DNA of 55,266 nucleotides from a virus: the IMG/VR virus record IMGVR_UViG_3300037244_000023. One strand, 5' to 3'. The position numbers and the translations under genes were made by a program. Below the pieces are notes generated by a model. The model was not told the origin of the DNA and ran no database searches. It saw only the letters and a program-made list of their open reading frames with translations. This document shows, one piece after another, positions 44,816 to 52,265 of the stretch (position 1 is the stretch's first letter; each line of letters opens with the position of its first letter).

Positions 44816-44894
44816 TTATGTCTCCATACACAAAAGGACAGGGTTTTATCCCTGTCCCATGATGCAGCATTTAGTATATATACGCAATACCCGC

Positions 44895-45158
44895 CTAGTC
44901 GGGCTTGTTTCTTGGGCAATGGCCCACGCTGATTTCCTTGGTCAACTCCATCCCTGGAACCCATACCGCCAGTCCATGATGAGGAACAAAGACCGTATCA
45001 TGTTTCTGCTCTGGGCATGTGTAAACGCGAATCTTCCTGATGGACCCCAGAAGGGTAGTCATCAACTTCACACAGTAATTCTCCATATCTACCTTGTCGG
45101 GGGTCAGATACCCACAGGATTCAATTCCGCGATTGTCTACAGTCTTGATCAAATACAT
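44895..45158 (-). CDS. Hypothetical protein (87 aa)
   Basis: ORF from the track. Confidence 0.45.
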   Translation of the reverse strand: MYLIKTVDNRGIESCGYLTPDKVDMENYCVKLMTTLLGSIRKIRVYTCPEQKHDTVFVPHHGLAVWVPGMELTKEISVGHCPRNKPD

Positions 45159-45166
45159 GGCAACTC

Positions 45167-45748
45167 CTAAGAAAGCAGGTTAACCCAACCTTCGGGCGGC
45201 GGCTCAAGCCCATCCATCCAGCGAGTCCGGCCTTCCGCTTTACTCCAATCATATTGGGGTTCCGGGGCTTTCCGGGTGCAGCCAGATATATTACTGTGGT
45301 CCATATTCATTTTGACTTCGCCTATTTCATTTTGATAGACCAGCATCATATCCAGCATGTTCCGAAGGTCTTCCTTGCAGCGGGTATCATGGAACAGAAT
45401 CCAGCCACCCAACTTGAGTCGCTGGAATGCGGCCAGCGCAAAGGGGAAGCGGTCTTCGGCGGTGCCATCCACGAAGACCAGATCAAACAGTTGCCCATCA
45501 CAGCCAGGGAGCCCAAGATTATATTCCATGAGCCGGATCTTGCTGAAATCTGCTCCTAAATCCACCAGATTAGACCGGGTTCGGTCAATCCAATAGGGGT
45601 CAGGCTCCAGGGAATACAACTGGGTCCCACACTGGGCAAAGATCATGGTTGACCCGCCCATGCCAAACTCCAGCGTCTTTCCCGCCCACTTGCCATACTT
45701 CTCCAGTACGGCAGCGTCAAACTTGGAAATAAGGCCCAGGTACTTCAT
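45167..45748 (-). CDS. Class I SAM-dependent methyltransferase
   Basis: Motif I LEFGMGGST, a post-I acidic residue, and DLVFVDG ... WILFHDT. Confidence 0.75.
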   Translation of the reverse strand: MKYLGLISKFDAAVLEKYGKWAGKTLEFGMGGSTMIFAQCGTQLYSLEPDPYWIDRTRSNLVDLGADFSKIRLMEYNLGLPGCDGQLFDLVFVDGTAEDRFPFALAAFQRLKLGGWILFHDTRCKEDLRNMLDMMLVYQNEIGEVKMNMDHSNISGCTRKAPEPQYDWSKAEGRTRWMDGLEPPPEGWVNLLS

Positions 45749-46758
45749 TTTGATTCCTCCGCAATGGCTTCACAAAGTTCCTGGTAGAACTTGTCCCGCA
45801 TATCCCACCAAGTAGTCATGTGTTTTAAAATATAGACCTTCTTCTCCATCTTCAGGGTCAAACCAGCGATCATCTTGGCCGATTGTAAGCAATTATGGTC
45901 AATCAGATACCGCGCCAGCAGGAAATAGGATTCCAGCCGCTCAGGATCGGCATTAATTGCTGCCATATATGCTTCCACAACCTCATTTGCTGGCTTCCGC
46001 TCCATGGCCGCACAGACCGCCAAAAGATGATTAGCCATCCAGATATTCTCCAAATTGTCCTGTTCTGTGACCATTTTCAGGTATTTTCGGAAGTATTCGG
46101 CGGCTTTATCGTAAATTCGGCAATCAGTGAAGCAGCACCCCACCAGGAAGGTATAATATCTATATTCAGATGATTCCTGGGGCCAGTTGGGGAGGTCTTT
46201 TAGGATAGCGATGGCATCATCAATCCCCTTGTTTGGATTCTTCGACCGTGCCCCTTCATGGTGGATCTGGATCTTGATCTGCTCGGGCCGCAATAGACTC
46301 ACGGTCCCCATGCGGTCCAAAACCTCATGCCGAACATACTTCCAGCGCACATCCTGGTCCATACGAATCAAATGGGCACGGAAGTTGGTCATGTCATTCT
46401 CAACATTACCGATGGCATAGATAGGATCGACCAGTGCTTCCTTCAGAAAGGGCATCCCCACTACCATCTCATCATCTGCGTCCATGAGCAACCAATAATC
46501 CTCTGGACCGCGCCCCTCGGCAGGGAGCATGGATGGGATAGCAAGATTCCGGTGGTAGGCGAAGTCATCCTGCCAAGGGCTTGATATAATCTCCCCAGGC
46601 ATTTCTTCCATCACCCTACTAATAATTTCCACGGTATCATCAGTAGACCCAGTATCTACGATCCGATAGGAATCCACCAGCCATTTGACCGAATTGAGAC
46701 ATCGCTCAATACAGTGGCCTTCATTGCGGCAGATCATACTCAAACAGACTTTTGGCAT
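45745..46758 (-). CDS. Family-2 glycosyltransferase with a C-terminal helical-repeat region
   Basis: Motifs LSMICRNEGHCIERCL, IVDTGSTDDT, WQDDFAYHRN, LLMDADDE. Confidence 0.75.
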   Translation of the reverse strand: MPKVCLSMICRNEGHCIERCLNSVKWLVDSYRIVDTGSTDDTVEIISRVMEEMPGEIISSPWQDDFAYHRNLAIPSMLPAEGRGPEDYWLLMDADDEMVVGMPFLKEALVDPIYAIGNVENDMTNFRAHLIRMDQDVRWKYVRHEVLDRMGTVSLLRPEQIKIQIHHEGARSKNPNKGIDDAIAILKDLPNWPQESSEYRYYTFLVGCCFTDCRIYDKAAEYFRKYLKMVTEQDNLENIWMANHLLAVCAAMERKPANEVVEAYMAAINADPERLESYFLLARYLIDHNCLQSAKMIAGLTLKMEKKVYILKHMTTWWDMRDKFYQELCEAIAEESK

Positions 46759-47234
46759 TCTGACTCCAGAGGATGTTTAACCGTAAATGGATATTGAACT
46801 GTTCGCCATCTTACCCATATACCCTGTATTGGGTGGATATACTTATCTGCCATGACTGATACCACCTGACAATCATCACAGTAGAGCAACCCCTTCGCCA
46901 AAGTCTTTACACCCAGATATGTGTAGTAATGTGGCCCCAGTGAGTCGAGTAGTAACTTGAGACAATTATCTAAGTCCGGGCGAATAGCGTGATATGCTGT
47001 CGTTTTACCCTTGAAAAAGAATCTCACTGAGATTGCGAGTGGATATGGGATTGGTTCTTTGATTACATTGTGATACTTCACATAGTCACGGATAAAGTGT
47101 TCCGCTTCCCTGGTTCGCCTTGGGGTAAAAGCCCCCCCATACTTGGACAGACGGGGCCTTCCCTTGGGGGTGGGTGCAAACGGTATCCACATTTCGCCGT
47201 GGAGATCAGGGATGTCGGTAATTGGGTTAGTCAT
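46740..47234 (-). CDS. rusA: RusA-family Holliday junction resolvase
   Basis: Motifs PKGRPR, FTPRRTREAE, RPDLDNCLKLLLDSL, YCDDCQV. The start is taken at MTNPITD. Confidence 0.8.
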   Translation of the reverse strand: MTNPITDIPDLHGEMWIPFAPTPKGRPRLSKYGGAFTPRRTREAEHFIRDYVKYHNVIKEPIPYPLAISVRFFFKGKTTAYHAIRPDLDNCLKLLLDSLGPHYYTYLGVKTLAKGLLYCDDCQVVSVMADKYIHPIQGIWVRWRTVQYPFTVKHPLESECQKSV

Positions 47235-47241
47235 GTGAATG

Positions 47242-47442
47242 CTAACCCTTCCGCATAGCAGCAAGGGCACGGGTGAGGTCTAGGGATGCACGGCGCACCG
47301 CTCCAGTCTCTCTGGAACCAGCCATACACCAGTCTTTCTCGGTAATTACTTTTGGCAATTGATCAGTCTCCCGTAGTTCCTTAACCCGATTCAGGAACCG
47401 CTCGGCTTCCTTCTCTGCTTTCTTGATACCACTAGGTCGCAT
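47242..47442 (-). CDS. Hypothetical protein (66 aa)
   Basis: ORF from the track with a TAATG overlap to the upstream ORF. Confidence 0.5.
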   Translation of the reverse strand: MRPSGIKKAEKEAERFLNRVKELRETDQLPKVITEKDWCMAGSRETGAVRRASLDLTRALAAMRKG

Positions 47443-47591
47443 TATTCGTCCTCCATAAACTTAGCATCCCAGGTATTCTGCCAAAAGTTTATCCATCGCT
47501 GTATGCGACTGTACTGAGTTGTAGCCACTATCCCGATCAATTCTCTGGAATAGATCACAAACTTTTGGTTAAATTCAGTGATTGGCTTCAT
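47442..47591 (-). CDS. Small hypothetical protein (49 aa)
   Basis: The ATG lies 2 nt after the SSB stop. Translation is MKPITEFNQKFVIYSRELIG... Confidence 0.35.
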   Translation of the reverse strand: MKPITEFNQKFVIYSRELIGIVATTQYSRIQRWINFWQNTWDAKFMEDE

Positions 47592-47593
47592 GA

Positions 47594-47992
47594 CTAGAAA
47601 TCAAATTCAGGCTTTTCAACAGGTGCAGCGGGGCCGGTAGAAGTCTCCCCGCCCACACGGTCGGTCTTTTCCATCTTCCCGTAGTCTTCCACGTTGATCT
47701 GCGCTTCGCGGAACTTGACCTCACCCTTGGTCTGTTCCCGGTAGCGCAACTTACCCCGGATCATCAAGCGATTGCCCTTCTTCGCCAGAGGGGCCAGCGT
47801 CTCTGCGGTTTTCTCCCAAGCCACCAAATTGTGCCATTCGGTCTGGGACTTCCACTCTTTCGTAACCGGGTCTTGCCACCGATCCGAAGTTGCCAATGAC
47901 AAGTGAAGCACCTGTTTACCCGCTGGCGTTGTTCTTAGTTCCGCATCTTGCCCCACAAAACCAATAATCACGATTGAGTTCCAGTCTCTCAT
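47594..47992 (-). CDS. ssb: Single-stranded DNA-binding protein
   Basis: OB-fold sequence NSIVIIGFVGQDAELRTTPAGKQVLHLSLATSDRW...TEWHNLVAWEKTAE with an acidic-aromatic tail PEFDF. GGGAG precedes Met104 of the track ORF, and the frame is open in-frame up to 48301. Confidence 0.85.
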   Translation of the reverse strand: MRDWNSIVIIGFVGQDAELRTTPAGKQVLHLSLATSDRWQDPVTKEWKSQTEWHNLVAWEKTAETLAPLAKKGNRLMIRGKLRYREQTKGEVKFREAQINVEDYGKMEKTDRVGGETSTGPAAPVEKPEFDF

Positions 47993-48394
47993 CCCATAGC
48001 TCCCGATGGCTGAAGTGCCATACCCATGATACAACCATCCAAACCCATGCGCCACAAATAATTTCGCCACCCCAAAACGGAGTGGCGGCGGCTTGGTTGG
48101 GTGGAGGTTGCTCTCCCCTTGGGTGTCGATCCCTTCGGCTTTCACCCCGTCATCGACCTTGCGGGGGTGAAGCCGTTTCACAAATTGCGCCGGGGCCAGC
48201 ACCCCCAGGACGGCAGAAATGGGGGTTGTCCAGTCTCCGCGAAGGCCAGAACCCCCGGCGCAAATGAAAGATACAACATTCAGTGCAACAGTCAACCCCA
48301 CCCTGAAATTTATTTTATAGCGATGTTTCGTTAATTTATAAGGAATAAAATAGTAAATTTACGGCATTATACTTAGGGGTGGGGCACCCCCCCC

Positions 48395-48423
48395 TTGTGC
48401 ACCATGGGGGTTTCTCGTAATAT
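48395..48423 (+). promoter_or_regulatory. Sigma70-like promoter (TTGTGC-17-TAATAT) for the plus-strand arm, in an AT-rich divergent region
   Basis: Hexamers and 17-nt spacer were read directly. It lies 30 nt upstream of the 48454 gene. Confidence 0.5.
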
Positions 48424-48453
48424 GAACCATCTACATTTTCCCCTGGAGGTCGC

Positions 48454-48663
48454 ATGACTTGGGTGTTGCAATCGTTTGATGTGCCCGGATTGATGAAGGT
48501 TGACCTACATGGCTCGGCTGTAGCTCTAAGCGGGACAGCGGCCAATGGCTCACCTTCGGCAATCATTATTTTCCCCAAAGCCCAATCTGATGCACATGCC
48601 GCTGCGTTGATGTTAAGACGAGCGGCCAGAAGGTTGGAAGAAATCGGGAAGGAGTTGTCATAA
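48454..48663 (+). CDS. Hypothetical protein (69 aa), first gene of the plus-strand arm
   Basis: GGAGG precedes the ATG. It is preferred over the antisense 137-aa ORF. Confidence 0.55.
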   Translation: MTWVLQSFDVPGLMKVDLHGSAVALSGTAANGSPSAIIIFPKAQSDAHAAALMLRRAARRLEEIGKELS

Positions 48664-49433
48664 TGACAATTTCCCGAACTTGGAACCTCAGACTCAACAT
48701 AGATGAATTCAATGCAGCATATGCCACGCTGGTCAAGGAAGGTGATCATGCATTGTTTCTGGCTGGCCTATTTGCAGGGATCAACAATGCATCTTTGGAT
48801 GATCCAACCGGACCACTCGGGATTGGTTTTCTGATTGGGCAGGGGATGAGGATGGAGGCAGAAGAATTTAGAGCCATGAAGAAAACGGTTGGAGGGAGGG
48901 GTGGAAGGCCCAAAAATAACCTATTGGTTAACCAACAGGTAGACCAACAGGTTAACCAAGTGGTATACCAACAGGTAGACCTATTGGTGAACCCAATCCA
49001 CAATCCACAATCCTTTAACCCTATAACCCCAAACCACAATCCAAAGAAGCCAACTAGGCAAAAACAGCCTAGTTGGAATCAGAAGTTTCCTTTGGATGTT
49101 GTTGAAGCAACCAATGAGATTCTTGAATTCTGGCCAGATGGAAAGAAAGACATTCAACCCAAGAAATGTGCGGCTGATCCTACCCAATACGTCCCAGAGA
49201 CTCATTCCCGCTTCCTTGCCGCAAGATTGGCAGACATTCAGCAGGAAGGTGGTGATTTGAAGATATGTGTTGAGATTGCCAAACAATATGTGGATAGCTA
49301 CAAGAGGGGACGGAACTGGGTCAAGGCCGCTGAATACTTCTTTGGCAAAACAGAAGATGCTAAGTGGAAGGCTTACTACCAGTCAGAGATCACCAACCGG
49401 GAGATTGAAGCACATGAAACAGACCCAGCGTGA
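48663..49433 (+). CDS. Hypothetical protein containing an internal iteron-like array (candidate replication initiator, lambda O-like arrangement)
   Basis: ATGA-coupled to the upstream gene. It contains GGRGGRPKNN followed by the repeat-encoded LLVNQQVDQQVNQVVYQQVDLLVN. The function is inferred from the arrangement only. Confidence 0.5.
   Translation: MTISRTWNLRLNIDEFNAAYATLVKEGDHALFLAGLFAGINNASLDDPTGPLGIGFLIGQGMRMEAEEFRAMKKTVGGRGGRPKNNLLVNQQVDQQVNQVVYQQVDLLVNPIHNPQSFNPITPNHNPKKPTRQKQPSWNQKFPLDVVEATNEILEFWPDGKKDIQPKKCAADPTQYVPETHSRFLAARLADIQQEGGDLKICVEIAKQYVDSYKRGRNWVKAAEYFFGKTEDAKWKAYYQSEITNREIEAHETDPA
48920..48991. repeat. Six tandem 12-bp units (consensus CCAACAGGTWRA; the outer units are CCTATTGGTKAA)
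   Basis: Read directly: cctattggttaa ccaacaggtaga ccaacaggttaa ccaagtggtata ccaacaggtaga cctattggtgaa. Three CACAATCC copies follow. Confidence 0.9.
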
Positions 49434-49794
49434 AGAACAGGATTGGCACTATGAGTGCAAGGCCATGTGGGCAGAACCACACCCGGAGGTCAGGGAAACC
49501 ATCATGGGACTGGTATTCACCCGAACCCTGGGCAAGCGTTGCCCCTACTGTGGGGATATCTTCTTCACCTACCAAGTGGAGGGGCATGAGCGGGAACCCT
49601 ACCGGGTTGACCCAGACTCCGGGGCAAGGGAAACCTGCGGCCACCCGAAATGCTGGGGCGCGGAAGAAGACCGCTTCGTCAAGCAGCAAATTGAATGGCA
49701 CAGAACCCACTTCCGTTCAGAAGGGAATCCTGTGCCAGAACCAAGGGGGGGTGGGAAACTTGTGCCCTTCAAGGGCAGGATTCCCCGTGACTAG
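49414..49794 (+). CDS. Hypothetical Cys/His-containing protein (126 aa)
   Basis: Protein-like from MKQTQREEQDWHYECK, with CPYCG ... CGHPKC. Confidence 0.5.
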   Translation: MKQTQREEQDWHYECKAMWAEPHPEVRETIMGLVFTRTLGKRCPYCGDIFFTYQVEGHEREPYRVDPDSGARETCGHPKCWGAEEDRFVKQQIEWHRTHFRSEGNPVPEPRGGGKLVPFKGRIPRD

Positions 49795-49795
49795 G

Positions 49796-49987
49796 TTAAG
49801 CGGTCCAAGTGTCCTTGCGCCACTGAAGCACGGCATCGTTGTCGTACAGATACTTGCGCCCGACCTTCACGCACTTCGGACCCTTACCGCTGCGCCGAAG
49901 GCCCAGCATGACACTGTAGGTCAGGCCAACGGCAACAGCCGCTTCCTTGGTGTCAATCAGGTTGGCAAACGTGGTTTCGCCACTCAT
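49796..49987 (-). CDS. Excisionase/MerR-type HTH DNA-binding protein (63 aa), transcribed divergently
   Basis: AGGAG lies 5 nt upstream. LIDTKEAAVAVGLTYSVMLGLRRSGKGPKCVKVGRKYLYDNDAVLQW fits the Xis/AlpA-type HTH pattern. Confidence 0.55.
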   Translation of the reverse strand: MSGETTFANLIDTKEAAVAVGLTYSVMLGLRRSGKGPKCVKVGRKYLYDNDAVLQWRKDTWTA

Positions 49988-50057
49988 GGAAACTCCTATT
50001 GGGATTTGTCCCATCATCAGAATAACATTTATTCCACGGCTGTCAAGCAATCTAGTA

Positions 50058-50086
50058 TTGACTTGCTGGGTAAATCTCTCTATCTT
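50058..50086 (+). promoter_or_regulatory. Sigma70-like promoter (TTGACT-17-TATCTT) in the divergent region next to the HTH gene
   Basis: Read directly. An imperfect inverted repeat caagcaa...ttgacttg overlaps the -35 element. Confidence 0.5.
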
Positions 50087-50120
50087 CTGTATGAGGGCAA
50101 ATCCTCCACAGGAGAAAGCA

Positions 50121-50405
50121 ATGATCATCGCCAAACTGAACTGCAACGAAATCGTAGTCATGGCACAGGACGGTCGGCTGTTTGTAGCCGATGTGCGGGA
50201 TATGTCCTGCATGGCCCCGATGGCTTCCGACTCGCCGCCCCAGGAGGACGCGACAACGGATACCACCGTCCCTTTCCAACCACATAATATTTGGAGTTTC
50301 AAATGCCTGTCAACCCCGAAGAAACCCTCCTGGCTTTCCGTGAAAGGTTGGAAGCCGCAACCGAACCAATTCTGGGAGCGGATGGCATCCCAATCCATTG
50401 GCTAG
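50121..50405 (+). CDS. Hypothetical protein (94 aa)
   Basis: AGGAGA precedes the ATG. The C-terminal third overlaps the next gene and looks less protein-like. Confidence 0.35.
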   Translation: MIIAKLNCNEIVVMAQDGRLFVADVRDMSCMAPMASDSPPQEDATTDTTVPFQPHNIWSFKCLSTPKKPSWLSVKGWKPQPNQFWERMASQSIG

Positions 50406-50656
50406 TCAAACAGGTATCCCAGGGCTATCTGATCCTGGATAGCGCTGGGATACTCATTGAATTCGGATTTGGTGGGGTTCGTGCGGAGATCAAACATAAG
50501 ATGAGTGGGCGCACCCTGAAGCCAGAGGAAGCGGGGCCGCTGTTCCAGAAATTCCTGGACTGGCTGGCTGTAAATATCCCACAAACGAAAGAATGGCCCT
50601 TGGAGTTCAGGGACGGGTGCCCTATACTTGAAACTGATCGAAAGGTGCTGGAATGA
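50303..50656 (+). CDS. Hypothetical protein (117 aa)
   Basis: TGGAG precedes the ATG at 50303; the track ORF starts at 50291. Confidence 0.5.
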   Translation: MPVNPEETLLAFRERLEAATEPILGADGIPIHWLVKQVSQGYLILDSAGILIEFGFGGVRAEIKHKMSGRTLKPEEAGPLFQKFLDWLAVNIPQTKEWPLEFRDGCPILETDRKVLE

Positions 50657-51249
50657 ACACGCTGAAGTGGGTTCTGATCTCCCTGATTGTCGGTCTTGGG
50701 GTAGGATTTGGGCTTGGCATCTGGAAGCAGGGGGGCCATGAAGCCGCCAAAACCATGGCTGCGGAACTGCAAAAAAGCGCATTGGAGGCACAGGTGAAGA
50801 CTGAATTAAAGTTGCGTGTTGCCCAATCCCAGGCGGCGACCGATGCGCGGAAGAAAGCTAATGATTCCGATGCCCATGCGATGAAGCTGCTGGCGCAACT
50901 GAATCGCCGCCCCAAACCGCTGCCCCCCATCCCCGCCACTGGTCCCGCCTTTGTCCCGGCAACCAACCCTATCTTCCCAATTGCTGATCCACTCAAGGAC
51001 GATGTAATTGCTGCACTAACCCGAGATGTCGCTGACCAGAAGACCCTGGTGTTGAAGTTGACTACCCAGATTGCCACTGATGGGGTGATCATCGCCAATT
51101 ACCAGAAGCAGGACGCGCTGAACAAGATCGCGCTGGATGCCCAAATAGCCGCCAACCGCTCTGCGGGTTGGAAGGGCGGCATCAAGGGCGCGGGACTCAC
51201 CATCGGCATTGAGGGTGTGCTTGCCCTCGGCCACCACTTCTTGCACTAG
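50653..51249 (+). CDS. Membrane-anchored coiled-coil protein (198 aa)
   Basis: N-terminal TM segment WVLISLIVGLGVGFGLGIW followed by a long helical region. Confidence 0.6.
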   Translation: MNTLKWVLISLIVGLGVGFGLGIWKQGGHEAAKTMAAELQKSALEAQVKTELKLRVAQSQAATDARKKANDSDAHAMKLLAQLNRRPKPLPPIPATGPAFVPATNPIFPIADPLKDDVIAALTRDVADQKTLVLKLTTQIATDGVIIANYQKQDALNKIALDAQIAANRSAGWKGGIKGAGLTIGIEGVLALGHHFLH

Positions 51250-51257
51250 GAGGGCCT

Positions 51258-51536
51258 ATGCCCACATCTGAAAATCTCATCTACGGTCTGGTTGGACTGG
51301 TCCTGGGGGGTGGCCTCGGGGTCTGGGGGGGCACCTACATCGGCAAACTGCTGGCCAAGGTCGAAGCATGGCTGGCCAAAGAGAAGGGGGCTGCCGAAGC
51401 GGATGCCGCCCATGTGGCCGCGCTGTTCAAGGAAGTGAAGACCCTGTATGCCGAGTTTGATGCCAAAGCCAAGGCGGATGCCGCTGCGGTGAAGGCGGCT
51501 ACGGATCAGATTGCCCAGGCGGTAGAGAAAGTTTAA
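51258..51536 (+). CDS. Small membrane-anchored Ala/Lys-rich helical protein (92 aa)
   Basis: TM segment LIYGLVGLVLGGGLGVWGG followed by an amphipathic helix. Confidence 0.6.
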   Translation: MPTSENLIYGLVGLVLGGGLGVWGGTYIGKLLAKVEAWLAKEKGAAEADAAHVAALFKEVKTLYAEFDAKAKADAAAVKAATDQIAQAVEKV

Positions 51537-51555
51537 ATATTTTTCACTCGGGGGG

Positions 51556-51583
51556 TTGACATGACCCATCCAAACCCGATACT
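51556..51583 (+). promoter_or_regulatory. Sigma70-like promoter (TTGACA-16-GATACT) in front of the ORF-free RNA locus
   Basis: Read directly, 20 nt after the stop of the 51258-51536 gene. Confidence 0.45.
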
Positions 51584-51928
51584 GGTTAAGCAACAGATCA
51601 TTCTCAACCCTTGGTAGTCAGGCCAACGAGTTCACCGTATTGCACCGAAAGGGGCAACGACTGCACGGGAAACCGTGCTCCAGCTGGAGCAATCCAGCAT
51701 TTGTGTAGCCGGGGCAACTCGGCATCTCGCAGGACGTGACTGGGCGTATCCCATGTCTGGGTTGGCATCCACAATACAAATGCCCCGTTGCCATATTTCT
51801 CCAAGGGTTCCATTCAGTTCTTTCACAATTCCCCGGCAGTCATGTGGTTGGTTACTTCTTTGGTAGAAAAACACCAACCGCTAGTTTCCTCCGGGTCAAG
51901 AATGTCACAGGGTAGCCACGGAAAGCGG

Positions 51929-52001
51929 TTCATCGTAGCTCAGCTGGTAGAGCGAAAGCCTTGTAAGCTTTAAGTCCCTGGTTCAATTCCAGGCATCCCC
52001 G
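51929..52001 (+). tRNA. tRNA-like element (Thr-type UGU anticodon arm) with an unpaired acceptor stem; probable tRNA-mimic module of a Y RNA, or a pseudo-tRNA
   Basis: D arm GCTC-AGCTGGTA-GAGC, anticodon arm AAAGC-CTTGTAA-GCTTT and T arm CCTGG-TTCAATT-CCAGG are all perfect. The acceptor strands TTCATCG / CATCCCC give only 1 of 7 pairs, and no CCA is encoded. Confidence 0.55.
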
Positions 52002-52043
52002 CGAGGGGTACCCCGCTCCCAATTTTCTCCCTGTGATCTTCTC

Positions 52044-52066
52044 GGCCCCCAAAAGGGGCCTTTTTT
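52044..52066 (+). terminator. Rho-independent terminator
   Basis: Stem ggcccc/ggggcc, 5-nt loop, then TTTTTT. Confidence 0.85.
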
Positions 52067-52076
52067 ATGGAGCAGT

Positions 52077-52256
52077 ATGAAAGCCATGAACGAAACCCCT
52101 AAACAACGCAAGCAGATTCAGGGGATGCAGAAGTTCGGCAGCGTTAACTTGTCAGCTTTGCATCTGTTGCGATCCAGATACACCCCAATCTCCAGAACTG
52201 GCCAATCCACCATGGGACGCATCAAGGCTCATGGCCGTCATCACAAACACATCTAG
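52077..52256 (+). CDS. Small basic protein (59 aa) immediately upstream of the TROVE gene
   Basis: GGAG lies 4 nt upstream. Translation is MKAMNETPKQRKQIQGMQKFG...HGRHHKHI. It is one residue below the track cutoff. Confidence 0.4.
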   Translation: MKAMNETPKQRKQIQGMQKFGSVNLSALHLLRSRYTPISRTGQSTMGRIKAHGRHHKHI

Positions 52257-52265
52257 GAGGGCAGT

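Larger units (their letters stand above)
51590..52066 (+). ncRNA. Candidate Y-RNA locus (one long transcript or two processed RNAs) upstream of the Ro60/TROVE gene
   Basis: There is no credible ORF, and a promoter and terminator bound the stretch. Module 1 (51606-51809) is closed by 9 perfect bp aacccttgg/ccaagggtt. It also has a second helix ggCcaacg/cgttgcc with one bulged C, and a GAAA-tetraloop hairpin at 51663-51678. Module 2 (51899-52042) is closed by a 14-position stem and contains the tRNA-like element. Confidence 0.5.

Noticed and set aside
48336-48749. 137-aa minus-strand ORF in the divergent promoter region
   Set aside because: It is antisense to an SD-preceded plus-strand gene (48454-48663) and covers the AT-rich promoter region. 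Its composition is not protein-like.
49430-50287. 285-aa plus-strand ORF
   Set aside because: It overlaps out of frame with the better-supported genes 49414-49794 (+) and 49796-49987 (-). It is Gly/Pro/Ser/Arg-rich.
51632-51973. Short ORFs (61-81 aa) inside the RNA locus
   Set aside because: They have no SD and a poor composition, and they overlap the tRNA-like element and strong helices. The region is better explained as non-coding RNA.
51929-52001. tRNA-like element as an attP core for tRNA-site integration (temperate lifestyle)
   Set aside because: I recognised no integrase or recombinase in the genome. The only lysogeny-like gene is a small Xis/MerR-type HTH. I cannot exclude this without a host genome, but I do not claim it.
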